64,000 bases of DNA from Kofleriaceae bacterium (GCA_046597055.1 JBKJLC010000056.1:1-64000), one strand, 5' to 3'. Positions 22,832 to 33,384 are shown, counted from the first letter of the stretch. Notes: generated by a model from the letters alone, not told the origin. Program-made: numbers and translations.

Positions 22832-24187
22832 TCACGGCGCCGGCGCGAGGCAATCGACGACCAGCCGGTGGCCGGGCCCGAGCGTGCCGCGGTAGCTGGC
22901 GCCCCGGCCGCTCGGCGTGTAGTCACAGGCCACCATCGGCGCGATCGCGAAGCAGCCCTGCTCGCCCGCCGCGCGGCACCCGAGCAGGCGCCGCTCGGCG
23001 CGGTCGGGGCCGACGTCGTAGCCGCGGCAGCGCGCGGTCGTGGTCTCGGCGTCGAGCCTGCCGAGCAAGCACGGCCGCCGGGCCATCACGCCGGCGGTGG
23101 CGCGGGTGATGCGGCGCAGCCGCTCCGACATCACGCTGCCGCACATCGACTCGAAGACGAAGCGCGACGGGAACCGCTGGACCAGCTCGTCGAGCCGGAT
23201 CGCGGGCGAGGCGGTCACCCCGGTCGCCGGGGCCACGCAGGTGGCGAGCAGCGCGGGCGTCCCGCGCGGTGCGAGGACGTCGGGATCCTGACCGACCACC
23301 ACGTCGGTCGGCGGTGCGTACATGCCGGTGACCATCACCAGCGACGGATCCGCCTTCAGCCCGCGGAAGAACGCCTCGTAATCGTCGATCGGCGTGAGGT
23401 ACCGGCTGTCCTCGCGCGAGCGACAGCCCTGCTTGGCGCCGAACTCGCGCGGCTGGTCGGGATCGCAGACCACGCCGTGCTCGAAGCACCGGAAGCTGGT
23501 CCGGGGGCCCAGCTCGCTCGACAGGGTGGCGGTGGGATCGCCGAACAGCGCCGGGTTGGTCGCCGAGCAGTCGTCCTCGTCGGTGATGAACACCACCAGC
23601 AGGAGCGCGTCGTCGCGCAGGAACTCGAGCTGCGCGGGGTGGCGGCCGTCGAACGCACGCCGGACCGCCTCGAGCGGGTGCTCGAAGCCGCAGCCGGTGC
23701 CGACCTCGACCCCGGCGGCGCAGGCGAACGCCTCGCCGAGCGAGCCGGTGTAGTTGCGGATGCGGCCACCGGCGCCGTCGTCGTGGTCGTCGAGGTAGCG
23801 GCCGTCGATGGCCGGGCAGCCGAGGCCCTGCCGGCCGATCCGGAACCGCCCGTCGTTCAGGTCGTCGGTGGCCGGGCAGCCGGGCACGCTGGCGGCGCCG
23901 ATGGCGACGCTGGTGGTGATGACGCCGACCCGCAGATCGGGCATCCCGCCCAGGTCCTCGTCGAGCTGCGCGAACAGCTGGCGCCCGGCCGCGTCGATCA
24001 GGGCCTGGGCCTCGAGCGTCATCGAGCCCGAGGTGTCGATCACGAACAGGACGTCGAGCCCGCGGGTCGCGGTCGCCAGCGGATCGAGCACGCGCTGGTA
24101 GTCCTCGCCGAGGACGACCGCGTCCTGCGCGCCGTCGCACGCAACCATCAGCCCGAGCGCCACCGCGACCACCCCGGTCCTCGTCAT
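22832..24187 (-). CDS. Cys-rich VWA-like lipoprotein (myxobacterial type)
   Basis: Lipobox LMVAC; MIDAS-like DVLFVIDTSGSM; GCGFEHPLEA; VFITDEDDCS; ATGA overlap with the upstream gene. Confidence 0.85.
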   Translation of the reverse strand: MTRTGVVAVALGLMVACDGAQDAVVLGEDYQRVLDPLATATRGLDVLFVIDTSGSMTLEAQALIDAAGRQLFAQLDEDLGGMPDLRVGVITTSVAIGAASVPGCPATDDLNDGRFRIGRQGLGCPAIDGRYLDDHDDGAGGRIRNYTGSLGEAFACAAGVEVGTGCGFEHPLEAVRRAFDGRHPAQLEFLRDDALLLVVFITDEDDCSATNPALFGDPTATLSSELGPRTSFRCFEHGVVCDPDQPREFGAKQGCRSREDSRYLTPIDDYEAFFRGLKADPSLVMVTGMYAPPTDVVVGQDPDVLAPRGTPALLATCVAPATGVTASPAIRLDELVQRFPSRFVFESMCGSVMSERLRRITRATAGVMARRPCLLGRLDAETTTARCRGYDVGPDRAERRLLGCRAAGEQGCFAIAPMVACDYTPSGRGASYRGTLGPGHRLVVDCLAPAP

Positions 24188-24831
24188 GGTCGGTCCTTGC
24201 AGGCCGCGGCGATCCGCATCCGCTGCGGCGACGCCGGCCAGCGGGTCGCGAAGGTCTCCCAGGCCGCGTCGGCCCGGGCGTCGCCGAGCCGACACAGCGC
24301 CTCGATCCGCAGCGCGGCGGCCTCCTCGGCCAGCTGACCACGAGCGCCGATCCGCGCGGCATGCCGCTCGGTCGCGGCCAGCGCCGCCGCGGGATCGCCG
24401 CCACGCAGGGCCGCCATGGCGGCGTCGACCAGCGCGACCTCGTCGGCCAGCGAGGCCGCCGCCAGGGCCGTGGTGCGCCGCACCGGCGACGACCGAGACG
24501 GCGGCGCCACCCGGGGCGGATCCAGGGGCGCCGCCGTCTCGAAACGAGAGGTGCTGGCCGGCTCGACCGGCGCCGCCAGCCCGAGCGGGCCGGCCGCGAC
24601 CGCGCGCTCATGGCGGGGCCGGGTCGCCAGCCAACCGCCGGTCGCGACCGCGGCGACCACGCCGACGATCGCCAGCTTGGCGACCGCGCCGAGGCCGGTC
24701 ACCGCGGCCGCCGAGCCAGCGCCGGTCACCACGCGATGCCGGACCCGCGCGAGCACCGCGTCGTCGGGTCCGAGCCCGCCGCGCGCGGCCTCGAGCAGCG
24801 CCTGGGCGCGTGGGTTGAGCTCCTCGATCAT
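24184..24831 (-). CDS. Putative anti-sigma factor (TM helix + Pro linker + C-terminal TPR-like domain)
   Basis: ATGA-coupled to the ECF sigma; short N-terminal helix, TM helix, then SLADEVALV...LAEEAAALRIEALC TPR-like helices. Confidence 0.7.
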   Translation of the reverse strand: MIEELNPRAQALLEAARGGLGPDDAVLARVRHRVVTGAGSAAAVTGLGAVAKLAIVGVVAAVATGGWLATRPRHERAVAAGPLGLAAPVEPASTSRFETAAPLDPPRVAPPSRSSPVRRTTALAAASLADEVALVDAAMAALRGGDPAAALAATERHAARIGARGQLAEEAAALRIEALCRLGDARADAAWETFATRWPASPQRMRIAAACKDRP

Positions 24832-25379
24832 ACTTCCTCCGGACGTCGCGCGACCGCCGCCTCGAAGGCGCGGCGGGCCAGGCGCAGGCGAGAATAGGCC
24901 GTGTTCAGGTTGATGCCGAGCAGCCGCGCGACCTCGGGTACCGCGAGCTGCTCGAGCTCGACCAGCGCGAACACCACCCGCTTGTCCTCGTCCATCTGAT
25001 CGAGGATCGTGGCGACCGCGGCCGACGCCTGGGCGCGCGACAGCGCCGCGAAAGTGTCATCCGACGCGGCCAGCGCGGTCGCGTCCTCCGAGCCCTGCCG
25101 GCGCTCGGCCCGCCCCCGCGCCCGCCGGTACTGGCTTGCGACCCGGCGCGCGATCGCGAACAGCCAGGTCTCGATGCGCGACCGACCGCCGAACTCCCCG
25201 AGCCGGCGGTGCACGACCACGAAGGCGTCCTGCAGCGCGTCCTCGAGCTGCGGCTCGGCGACCCCGAAGGTGCGCAGGGTCCGCCACACGAACCGCGCGT
25301 GCGCCTGATAGACCTCGTCGAACGTCGCCGTCGCGGTCGCGACGACGGGCTCGATCAAGGCGTGAACGGCAGGGGCCAT
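24828..25379 (-). CDS. ECF RNA polymerase sigma factor
   Basis: Region 2 EDALQDAF...TWLFAIA; region 4 EVARLLGINLNTAYSRLRLAR. Confidence 0.93.
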   Translation of the reverse strand: MAPAVHALIEPVVATATATFDEVYQAHARFVWRTLRTFGVAEPQLEDALQDAFVVVHRRLGEFGGRSRIETWLFAIARRVASQYRRARGRAERRQGSEDATALAASDDTFAALSRAQASAAVATILDQMDEDKRVVFALVELEQLAVPEVARLLGINLNTAYSRLRLARRAFEAAVARRPEEV

Positions 25380-25443
25380 GTGGGTGGTTGGTGGCTGGGA
25401 GGGCGCGGATCCGTCACGCGATCGTGCGATCGGCCCGGGACCG

Positions 25444-26433
25444 CTAGAACAGCGGCACCTCGATGCCGGCGGCGATCCGCCCGCACAGCAGGTCGGGCTG
25501 GTGCAGCCCGGTGCCCGCGTCGAGGATGAAGCGGGGTCGGTCGCCGGCGCGCAGCATCTCGAACGTCGAGACCAGCAACGCGCGGCCCCAGATCGGCGTG
25601 CGCAGCGACAGCCCGAACCCGACCGCGCTCCACGGAGCGCTGCCGGCGCGGCCGTCGGCCACGCCGAAGCTGGTGCCGGTCATGGTCCCGCGCTCGAGGA
25701 TGAGGCACGCCCTGGGTCCGACCTCGGGCCGCTGCCAGCAAACCCGTCCCGCCAGGGCGTCGAGCCGGATCGCCGCACCGGCGCCGCTGCCCGGCGACAG
25801 CTCGACGAAGCGATCGCGCCAGCGCCGCGCCTCGAGCTCGAGCCCGAGCTCGCCGCGGCTGACGATCACCGCGAGGTCGCTCGACATGCCCATGCGCGGG
25901 ACCACGCCGGCGTCGGTGCCGAGCTGCAGGCGCGCCGCGACCGACCAGCGCGGCGGCGGCACCACCCGGGCCACCCGCACCCGCGGCCGCACCTCGATCA
26001 TCCGGGCCGCGACCGCCGGGGCCACCTCGATCATCGACGGGGGCGCCGGCGGCGGGGCCACCGCCCGGGCCTCGGCCACCGCGCGCGCGACCACCACCGC
26101 CACCGCGTCGGCGATCGCGCCACAGTCGGGCGCGCGGAGCTCGCGCTCGGCGTCGGCGGCCGGCGTCCACACCGTCACCCGGGCCCGGAAGCCGCGCCGT
26201 TCCCGCACCACCTCGACGTCGGCCTCGATCACGTCGCCGCTGGCGAGCGGCCGGTCGAGCCGGGCGTCGATGCGGGACCGCACGGTCGTCTCGTCGGGAC
26301 ACCGCGCCGGGGCGCGCCACCGCACCACCGCGCTCGGCGGCGGTGCCAGCCCTGGCGGCTCGGCGGCGGCCGACGCGACGAGCACGCCGATCACGGTCAG
26401 CGCCATCACCGCTGCCGCCGGACGACGCGCCAC
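25444..26433 (-). CDS. Exported protein with N-terminal WxAPxxCP domain and C-terminal putative beta-barrel
   Basis: Signal peptide, WRAPARCPD...APDC, Pro linker, amphipathic strands ending IAAGIEVPLF. Start uncertain (26433 or 26406). Confidence 0.7.
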   Translation of the reverse strand: MARRPAAAVMALTVIGVLVASAAAEPPGLAPPPSAVVRWRAPARCPDETTVRSRIDARLDRPLASGDVIEADVEVVRERRGFRARVTVWTPAADAERELRAPDCGAIADAVAVVVARAVAEARAVAPPPAPPSMIEVAPAVAARMIEVRPRVRVARVVPPPRWSVAARLQLGTDAGVVPRMGMSSDLAVIVSRGELGLELEARRWRDRFVELSPGSGAGAAIRLDALAGRVCWQRPEVGPRACLILERGTMTGTSFGVADGRAGSAPWSAVGFGLSLRTPIWGRALLVSTFEMLRAGDRPRFILDAGTGLHQPDLLCGRIAAGIEVPLF

Positions 26434-26562
26434 TGTCCCCGACGCTACGGGTCGTCCGACGCGGCCACAAGCACGACGAGCGGCAAGCCCAGGCACGCAG
26501 AGGGCCGACACCGCGGGTTGCCTGACGTTGCACGACCGGGACGCGTCGCATACGGTGCCCTC

Positions 26563-27186
26563 ATGTCCGCGAAGCAACGCCGCCTCAGCTTCTCCGCCCC
26601 GCTGGTCGTGACCCTGGCGATGGCGCCCGGGTGTGTCGTGACCCCGGTGCCGGCCCAGCCGACCCAGCCGGCTGGCAACACGGTCGATCGCCGCACCCAT
26701 GGGCCCGACCAAGGCCAGCCGGCGACGACGATCACCAACCCGCCACCGGTGCGCACTGGCCAGACCGAGCCCACCCCGCCGGCGGCCCCGCCGCCGACGC
26801 CGCCGCGCCAGAGCAACCCGGGCGGCGAGGTCGCGCAGCCCCGGCCGCCGGTGGTCACCCCGCCGATCCGCCAGGGCAACCCGGGCGGCGCGACCGCCCA
26901 GCAGCAGCCGCCGACCACGCCCAAGCTGCGCCGCTGGACCCTGACGGTCGCGTCCGACAAGTCCTGCTACGCGACGCCGATGGACGCGGCGGCCTGCGAG
27001 CCCAAGGCGACCTGCAACCCGCCACCGCCGCCGCGGGTTGGATGCCCGGCGAACACGGCCAAGGGCACCCGGATCGAGGAGCAGTCCGCGGGCGCGTGCT
27101 TCATCGTCTACCCGTCGCCGCCGTGCCCGCCCGGCGTGGCCTGCAACCCGCCGCGCCCGCAGACGATCGAGTGCCCCGGCGAGTGA
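26563..27186 (+). CDS. Pro-rich lipoprotein with two Cys-rich CNPP repeats
   Basis: Signal ending APG-C; two RQ(S/G)NPGG motifs; two C-x8/9-C-x5-CNPP-x6-CP units. Confidence 0.75.
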   Translation: MSAKQRRLSFSAPLVVTLAMAPGCVVTPVPAQPTQPAGNTVDRRTHGPDQGQPATTITNPPPVRTGQTEPTPPAAPPPTPPRQSNPGGEVAQPRPPVVTPPIRQGNPGGATAQQQPPTTPKLRRWTLTVASDKSCYATPMDAAACEPKATCNPPPPPRVGCPANTAKGTRIEEQSAGACFIVYPSPPCPPGVACNPPRPQTIECPGE

Positions 27187-27908
27187 GCCCCGGGGATCCC
27201 GTGCCGGCGCCGGCCGCTTCGGAGCGCGTCCGCGCCGAGTGGCGCAACCGGATCGCCGCCGAGTACGGCTCGGCGGCGGTGACCCAGCACTTCGTGCTGT
27301 GGCTGATCCAGATCGGCGCCAGCCCCGATCTGATCGAGGACGGCCTCGCGATCGTGCTCGACGAGCTGATGCACAGCCAGCTGTCGTCGGAGGTCCACGC
27401 CGCCGCCGGCGGCACCGCGGCCCCGGCGATCGATCGCGGCCAGCTCGCGCTGCCGCGCCGCGTGGCGCTGCCGCTCGAGCTCGACGTGCTGCGCGCCGCC
27501 GTGCAGGTGTTCTGCCTCAACGAGACCGTGGCGGTGCCGCTGTTCGCGCACCTGCGCGAGGCGACCACGGTGGCGCCGGCGCGCGCCGCGCTCGACCGGA
27601 TCCTGGTCGACGAGGTGCGTCACCGCGACTTCGGCTGGGCCTGCCTCGACTGGTTCCTGACCACGCCGATGGCGCCCGACGTGCCGGGCCTGGTCGAGGC
27701 CGACCTGCCCGGCCTGTTCGGCCACCTCGATCGCAACTACGGGTACGACGACGACGGCGGCGTCACCGCCGACGACCGCGGCTGGGGCCTGGCCGCGCCC
27801 CGCGACTACGCCGCGATCCTCGACGCGACCTTCGAGCGCGACTTCCGGCCGCGCTTCCTCGCGCGTGGGATCGACCCGACCGGCGCATGGGCCGCGCGCC
27901 GCGGTTGA
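27183..27908 (+). CDS. Ferritin-like (diiron carboxylate) domain protein
   Basis: AEYGS, DELMH, CLNET and DEVRH, i.e. E...ExxH twice; GTGA overlap with the upstream gene (alternative start 27201). Confidence 0.85.
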   Translation: MSPGDPVPAPAASERVRAEWRNRIAAEYGSAAVTQHFVLWLIQIGASPDLIEDGLAIVLDELMHSQLSSEVHAAAGGTAAPAIDRGQLALPRRVALPLELDVLRAAVQVFCLNETVAVPLFAHLREATTVAPARAALDRILVDEVRHRDFGWACLDWFLTTPMAPDVPGLVEADLPGLFGHLDRNYGYDDDGGVTADDRGWGLAAPRDYAAILDATFERDFRPRFLARGIDPTGAWAARRG

Positions 27909-27942
27909 AAAGCCGTTCACCCTTGGCTGATAGTGCGCCCCG

Positions 27943-28890
27943 ATGAAGATCCTTCTCACCGGTGCCGGCGGCCAGATCGGCGTCGACCTGGTCGGCGCGC
28001 TGGTCGGTGACGGCCACCAGGTGGTGGCGACCGACCTCCGCCCGATCGAGAGCACCAACGCTGCGACCTGGCGCGCGCTCGACGTCACCGACGCCGCCGC
28101 GGTCGACACCCTGATCGACGACGAGCGCCCCGACGTCGTCTATCACCTGGCGGCGATCCTGTCGGCGTCGGGCGAGAAGCAGCCGACGCTCGCGTACCAC
28201 GTCAACCAGACCGGCACCTGGAACGTCCTCGAGGCGTGCCGGGCCCACGGCGTCACCAAGCTCATCTTCACGTCGACGATCGCGGTCTACGGCCCCGGCC
28301 TGCCCGACCCGACCCCCGACGACGTCCCGCTCCACCCGTCGACAATCTACGGCGTCACCAAGGCCTCGGGCGAGCTGCTGTGCGAGTACTACTGGCGCCG
28401 CTGGGGCCTCGACTGCCGCGGCGTCCGCTTCCCCGGCTTGATCAGCGCGGCGATGCCTGGCGGCGGCTCGTCCGACTACGCGCTCTTCATGTACGTCGAC
28501 GGCGTGCGCCGCGGTCGCTACGAGGCGTTCTGCCGGGCCGACACCCGCATCCCGCTGATGTACATGCCGGACGGCGTGCGCGCGCTGCTCGAGCTGGCGG
28601 CCGCGCCGCGCGAGCGGCTGGCCCGCTGCGTCTACAACATCGCGGCCTTCTCGCCGCGCGCCGACGAGATCGCGGCCTCGGTGTCCCGCGCGGTCCCCGG
28701 CGTGCACATCACGTACACGCCCGACCCGATGCGCCAGGCCATCCTCGACTCGTGGCCGCGCGCGCTCGACGACAGCGCGGCCCGGCGCGACTGGGGCTGG
28801 CAGCCCCGCTTCGATCTCGACACGATGACCGACGACCTGGTTCCCCGCGTGCGCGCGCTGCTCGCCGGCAGCGGCGCGCTCGCGCACTGA
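27943..28890 (+). CDS. SDR-type L-threonine 3-dehydrogenase (NAD-dependent epimerase family)
   Basis: [32 protein letters not shown] and MYMPD motifs; adjacent to kbl. Confidence 0.88.
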   Translation: MKILLTGAGGQIGVDLVGALVGDGHQVVATDLRPIESTNAATWRALDVTDAAAVDTLIDDERPDVVYHLAAILSASGEKQPTLAYHVNQTGTWNVLEACRAHGVTKLIFTSTIAVYGPGLPDPTPDDVPLHPSTIYGVTKASGELLCEYYWRRWGLDCRGVRFPGLISAAMPGGGSSDYALFMYVDGVRRGRYEAFCRADTRIPLMYMPDGVRALLELAAAPRERLARCVYNIAAFSPRADEIAASVSRAVPGVHITYTPDPMRQAILDSWPRALDDSAARRDWGWQPRFDLDTMTDDLVPRVRALLAGSGALAH

Positions 28891-28921
28891 CCCGCGCGAC
28901 CCGACCGACCCGAGGCACCCC

Positions 28922-30145
28922 ATGTACGAGCACGCCCGAGAGCACTTCGTCCGCACCCTGGCCGAGATCCGCGACGCCGGCCTGTGGAAGCACGAGCGGA
29001 TCATCGCCTCGGCCCAGGCCGCGCACATCGCGGTCGGCGGTCGCGAGGTCATCAACTTCTGCGCGAACAACTACCTCGGGTTGTCGTCGCACCCGCGGGT
29101 GATCGCGGCCGCCCACGCCGCGCTCGATCAGCGCGGCTACGGCCTGTCGAGCGTGCGCTTCATCTGCGGCACCCAGGATCGCCACAAGGACCTCGAGGCC
29201 GCGGTCAGCAAGTTCCTGGGGACCGACGACACGATCCTCTACGGTTCGTGCTTCGACGCCAACGGCGGCCTGTTCGAGACCCTGATGGGCGAGGAGGACG
29301 CGGTCATCTCCGACGCGCTCAACCACGCCTCGATCATCGACGGCGTGCGCCTGTGCAAGGCCGAGCGCCATCGCTACGAGCACGACGATCTCGACGATCT
29401 CGAGGCCAAGCTCAAGGCGACCCAGCACCGCCGGATGCGCATGATCGCGACCGACGGCGTGTTCTCGATGGACGGCGACATCGCCCGCCTCGACGCGATC
29501 TGCGACCTGGCCGACAAGTACAGCGCGCTGGTGATGGTCGACGACAGCCACTCGACCGGCGTGGTCGGCCGAACCGGCCGCGGGACCGCCGAGCTGCGCG
29601 GATGTATGGACCGCGTCGACATCTACACCTCGACCCTCGGCAAGGCGCTGGGCGGCGCGTCGGGCGGCTTCACCAGCGGCCGCAAGGAGATCATCGAGCT
29701 CCTGCGCAACCGCTCGCGCCCGTACCTGTTCTCCAACACCCTGGCGCCGCCGATCGTCGCCGGCAGCATCGAGGCGCTGGCCATCTTGACCGCGTCGACC
29801 AACCTGCGCGACCGGCTCGAGGCCAACACCCGGCGCTTTCGCACCGGCATCACCGCCGCTGGCCTGACCATCCGACCCGGCGAGCACCCGATCGTACCGG
29901 TGATGCTGGGCGATGCCCGCCTGGCCTCCGACATGGCGGCCCGCCTGCTCGAGGAGGGGATCTACGTGATCGGCTTCTCGTTCCCGGTCGTGCCCCGCGG
30001 CGCGGCCCGCATCCGGGTCCAGATCTCGGCGGCCCACTCCGACGCCGACATCGACCGCGCCATCGCGGCCTTCACCAAGGTTGCCAGTGACCTGGGCAAG
30101 GTCGCCACGGCGCAGGGCCCCGCCGACGGCCCGGGCGGAGCCTGA
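28922..30145 (+). CDS. kbl: Glycine C-acetyltransferase (2-amino-3-ketobutyrate CoA ligase)
   Basis: [37 protein letters not shown] (PLP lysine) and RSRPYLFSN motifs. Confidence 0.96.
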   Translation: MYEHAREHFVRTLAEIRDAGLWKHERIIASAQAAHIAVGGREVINFCANNYLGLSSHPRVIAAAHAALDQRGYGLSSVRFICGTQDRHKDLEAAVSKFLGTDDTILYGSCFDANGGLFETLMGEEDAVISDALNHASIIDGVRLCKAERHRYEHDDLDDLEAKLKATQHRRMRMIATDGVFSMDGDIARLDAICDLADKYSALVMVDDSHSTGVVGRTGRGTAELRGCMDRVDIYTSTLGKALGGASGGFTSGRKEIIELLRNRSRPYLFSNTLAPPIVAGSIEALAILTASTNLRDRLEANTRRFRTGITAAGLTIRPGEHPIVPVMLGDARLASDMAARLLEEGIYVIGFSFPVVPRGAARIRVQISAAHSDADIDRAIAAFTKVASDLGKVATAQGPADGPGGA

Positions 30146-30152
30146 GATCGTC

Positions 30153-30386
30153 ATGCTCCCCGACGACATCGCCGCCAGGATTCGGTCCGCCCTGCCCGAC
30201 GCCGTGGTCACCCTCGAGGACCTCACCGGCACCAAGGATCACTGGAAGGCCCGCGTCATCTCGTCGGCGTTCGCCGGCAAGTCGCTCGTCGAGCGCCATC
30301 GCATGGTCATGCACGCGCTCGCCGCCGAGCTCAAGGGGCCCATCCATGCGCTGTCGCTCGAGGTGCTGACACCCGACGAGGTGTAG
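30153..30386 (+). CDS. bolA: BolA/IbaG family protein
   Basis: DHW...SSAFAGKSLVERHRMV...IHALSL. Confidence 0.9.
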   Translation: MLPDDIAARIRSALPDAVVTLEDLTGTKDHWKARVISSAFAGKSLVERHRMVMHALAAELKGPIHALSLEVLTPDEV

Positions 30387-30607
30387 GTGGTCGCCCCCGG
30401 TCGGCGTGACCGGCGCGGTCGCACGTCGATTTCGGCTTGCACCCGGGTCGGGGCCGTGCGTGTACGCCGCTGTACGTCGGCGCGCATTACCAACGACGAC
30501 CGCGCGCCGGCCCGGGCCGTGACCGGGGTTTTCCACATTTCGTGTGCCGGCGGGGCTTTCATCCGTGGCAGCATCGATATCAAGCGACTCATTCGCGCGA
30601 GATGGGG

Positions 30608-33322
30608 ATGACTGCACCATTGACGGAATCACAGCCACCGCTCGGCCAAGAAGTTTTTGGCCCGTACCTCGTTTACGAGCGCCTCGGCGTCGGCGGCATG
30701 GCGACCGTCCATCGCGCCAAGGAACGTGGCATCGAAGGCTTCGAGCGCATCGTCGCGCTGAAGCGCTTGCTGCCGCACCTCGCCGAGGATGCGAGCTTCG
30801 TGAAGTCGTTCGTGCGCGAGGCCAAGCTCGCGTCGATGCTACAGCACGCCAACATCGTCCAGCTCTACGAGCTCGGGCGGGTCGGCACCGTCTACTTCAT
30901 CTCGATGGAGAACATCGATGGACGCGACGTCCGTCGCATCCTGCGCCAGGCGCGCAAGGTGTCGGGGCCGCCCAACGTCAACGTGACGCTGTCGCTGCTG
31001 ATCCAGCTGTGCGATGCGCTCGAGTACGCGCACACGCGCTGCGACGAGAACAACGAGCCGCTCGGCCTGGTCCACCGCGACGTGTCACCGTCGAACCTGC
31101 TCGTCACCAAGTCGGGCCACCTCAAGGTGATCGACTTCGGCATCGCCAAGGCGCAGTCGCAGGCACTGGCCACCCAGACCGGCCGGGTCAAGGGCAAGCT
31201 CGCGTACATGGCGCCCGAGGCCATCTCGGGCAAGGAGCTCGACTCGCGCTCGGACATCTTCTCGGTCGGCGTCATCGCCCACGAGCTGCTCACCGCGCGT
31301 CCGCTGTTCGCCTCGAAGAACGAGTACCAGACGCTGATCAACGTGCAGCGCTCCGAGGTGCTGCCGCCGTCAGCGTTCAACCAGGCGGTGCCGCCCGAGC
31401 TCGACGCGATCGTGCTGCGCGCGCTCGCCCGCGATCCTGACGAGCGCTACCTGGCCGCGTCGCAGATGCGCGACGATCTCCACAGCGTCCGTGTCCGCTA
31501 CAACCTGTCGGCGACCAACCGCGAGGTCCAGACCTGGTGCGACTGGGCGTTCGCCCTCGAAGCACCCGGCGGCAACTTCAGCGGCCCGGTGGTGACCGAC
31601 TCGTTCGCCGGCCACTCGCGGTCCCCGGTGCTGGCCAAGATGCCGCTGCCCGCCGCGAGCGAGCAGGCGCTGTACGCCCAGCAGGTCCACGTCACGCCGA
31701 GCCGTCCGCGGGCGGCCAGCTCGTCCGGGGCCGAGGACGAGGACGCCGACGTCGCCTGGGGCGGCGCCGCCGAGCACGACTCGCAGCAGCCGGTGCTCAT
31801 CGACGAGATCCGCGACCACAGCGACCCGGGCGGCCAGACCGCGGTGGCGTCGCGCGGCTCGATGATGGGCCTCGGCGCGGCCGCTCACACCGCCGACTTT
31901 GCCGCGCGCGAATCGCACGCCTCGTCGACCCTGGTCGGCATCGGCGTCGGCGCCCCGGCCCGGGCCAGCTCCTCGCCGAGCAGCTGGCCGCACGGCTCCA
32001 GCAACGACGCGGTCGCGCGCCGGACCCTGCGCCAGGCCACCGTCCCCGGCGAGCTCGCGGCGTCCGACGCGACCGCGCCCCACCAGCTCGCCGATGCGCC
32101 CGCGTTCGGCGCGGCGATCGTCGAGCGCACCACCCCGTTCCCCAAGATCGCGATCGCGGGGATCGCCGGCGCGGCAGTGCTCGGTCTGGTGCTGTTCCTC
32201 GCGTTCGGCCGCGGCGGCGACAGCAAGCCCGCCGGCACCGGCGCGCCGGCCGCGGCGGCGACCACCGGCAACCTGCCAGCGACGGTGAAGTTCATCGTCG
32301 AGCCGATGGACGCCACCATCAAGATCGCCGGCATGGACCCGCATCAGGGCGCGCCCTGGTCGGTGCCGCTTGACCCTGGTGTCGTGCAGATCAAGGTCAG
32401 CCGCGACGGTCACCAGTCGTGGGAGACCTCGATCGAGCTGTCGTCGGGCGAGAACCAGACGATCCGCGTGGTGCTGGCCGCTGCGCTCGGCGATCCCAAC
32501 CTCGCCACCCTCGAGCTCTCGTCGAACCCGGCCGGCCTCGGCATCATCCTCGACGGCCAGGACGTCGGCCAGCAGACCCCCTGGAAGACCCAGCTCCCGG
32601 CGGGCCCGCACACGGTCCAGCTCCGCGAGGCGAACGGCACCGTCGCGTGGAAGCACACGTGGCCGGCCGAGGCCCGCACGCTCTACACGTTCAACCCGTC
32701 GATGGACGCGACCAAGCAGAAGGAGCGCCTCGAGCGCGAGCGCCAGGTCGCGCTGCAGCACGAGCGCCCGTCCAACCCGCTCGCGCCGCGGCCGGCCACG
32801 CCGCGCGAGCCGCGCGCGACGATCGACGCCGGCGCCGCGGTCGCGGTGGCCCCGCCGACCCCGGCGGCTCCGACCGGCCCGGGCTCGAGCACCGACACCG
32901 CGACCGGCACCGCCAAGGTCGCGACCGTGACCCCGACGCCGCCGGCCCCGACCCGACCGGCCGACCCGGTCAAGCCACCGCCCGCGGTCACCACGCCGAT
33001 CAAGCCGCCGACGCCGACGATCGCCGCCAAGCCGGTGCCCAAGGCCGCGGTCGTGGTCCCGCCGACGGCGGTGAAGCGCACCTCGGGTGATCTGCCCAAG
33101 ATCAAGACCGTGGTGCGCCCCGGCCAGGAGGTCCCGAAGTCGCTGGCCGCCAAGATCTGCATCAACGAGTCGGGCGCGGTCACCAACGTGCAGGTCTTCA
33201 AGCTCACCGGCGAGGTCGCCCAGGCCTTCGCGCAGGCGATCCGCACCTGGCGCTACACGCCGTACAAGCAGAACGGCGTCGCGACCCCGGCCTGCTTCGT
33301 CAACTCGTTCGCCCTGAAGTGA
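30608..33322 (+). CDS. Membrane Ser/Thr kinase with two PEGA domains and a C-terminal TonB_C-like domain
   Basis: Kinase motifs (HRDVSPSN, DFG, KGKLAYMAPE), TM helix, two PEGA-like domains, Pro/Thr linker, then KICINESGAV...IRTWRYTPY..NG..TPAC. Confidence 0.88.
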   Translation: MTAPLTESQPPLGQEVFGPYLVYERLGVGGMATVHRAKERGIEGFERIVALKRLLPHLAEDASFVKSFVREAKLASMLQHANIVQLYELGRVGTVYFISMENIDGRDVRRILRQARKVSGPPNVNVTLSLLIQLCDALEYAHTRCDENNEPLGLVHRDVSPSNLLVTKSGHLKVIDFGIAKAQSQALATQTGRVKGKLAYMAPEAISGKELDSRSDIFSVGVIAHELLTARPLFASKNEYQTLINVQRSEVLPPSAFNQAVPPELDAIVLRALARDPDERYLAASQMRDDLHSVRVRYNLSATNREVQTWCDWAFALEAPGGNFSGPVVTDSFAGHSRSPVLAKMPLPAASEQALYAQQVHVTPSRPRAASSSGAEDEDADVAWGGAAEHDSQQPVLIDEIRDHSDPGGQTAVASRGSMMGLGAAAHTADFAARESHASSTLVGIGVGAPARASSSPSSWPHGSSNDAVARRTLRQATVPGELAASDATAPHQLADAPAFGAAIVERTTPFPKIAIAGIAGAAVLGLVLFLAFGRGGDSKPAGTGAPAAAATTGNLPATVKFIVEPMDATIKIAGMDPHQGAPWSVPLDPGVVQIKVSRDGHQSWETSIELSSGENQTIRVVLAAALGDPNLATLELSSNPAGLGIILDGQDVGQQTPWKTQLPAGPHTVQLREANGTVAWKHTWPAEARTLYTFNPSMDATKQKERLERERQVALQHERPSNPLAPRPATPREPRATIDAGAAVAVAPPTPAAPTGPGSSTDTATGTAKVATVTPTPPAPTRPADPVKPPPAVTTPIKPPTPTIAAKPVPKAAVVVPPTAVKRTSGDLPKIKTVVRPGQEVPKSLAAKICINESGAVTNVQVFKLTGEVAQAFAQAIRTWRYTPYKQNGVATPACFVNSFALK

Positions 33323-33384
33323 TCGAACTGGCCGCCTGCCCGCGCCGCAGTTGACGGCGGCGCACGGGCTGGCGATCGTGGTGC

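Noticed and set aside
27943..30145. tdh-kbl as part of a biosynthetic cluster with the ferritin-like gene
   Set aside because: This is the standard threonine catabolism pair, and there are no carrier-protein, NRPS or PKS genes nearby.
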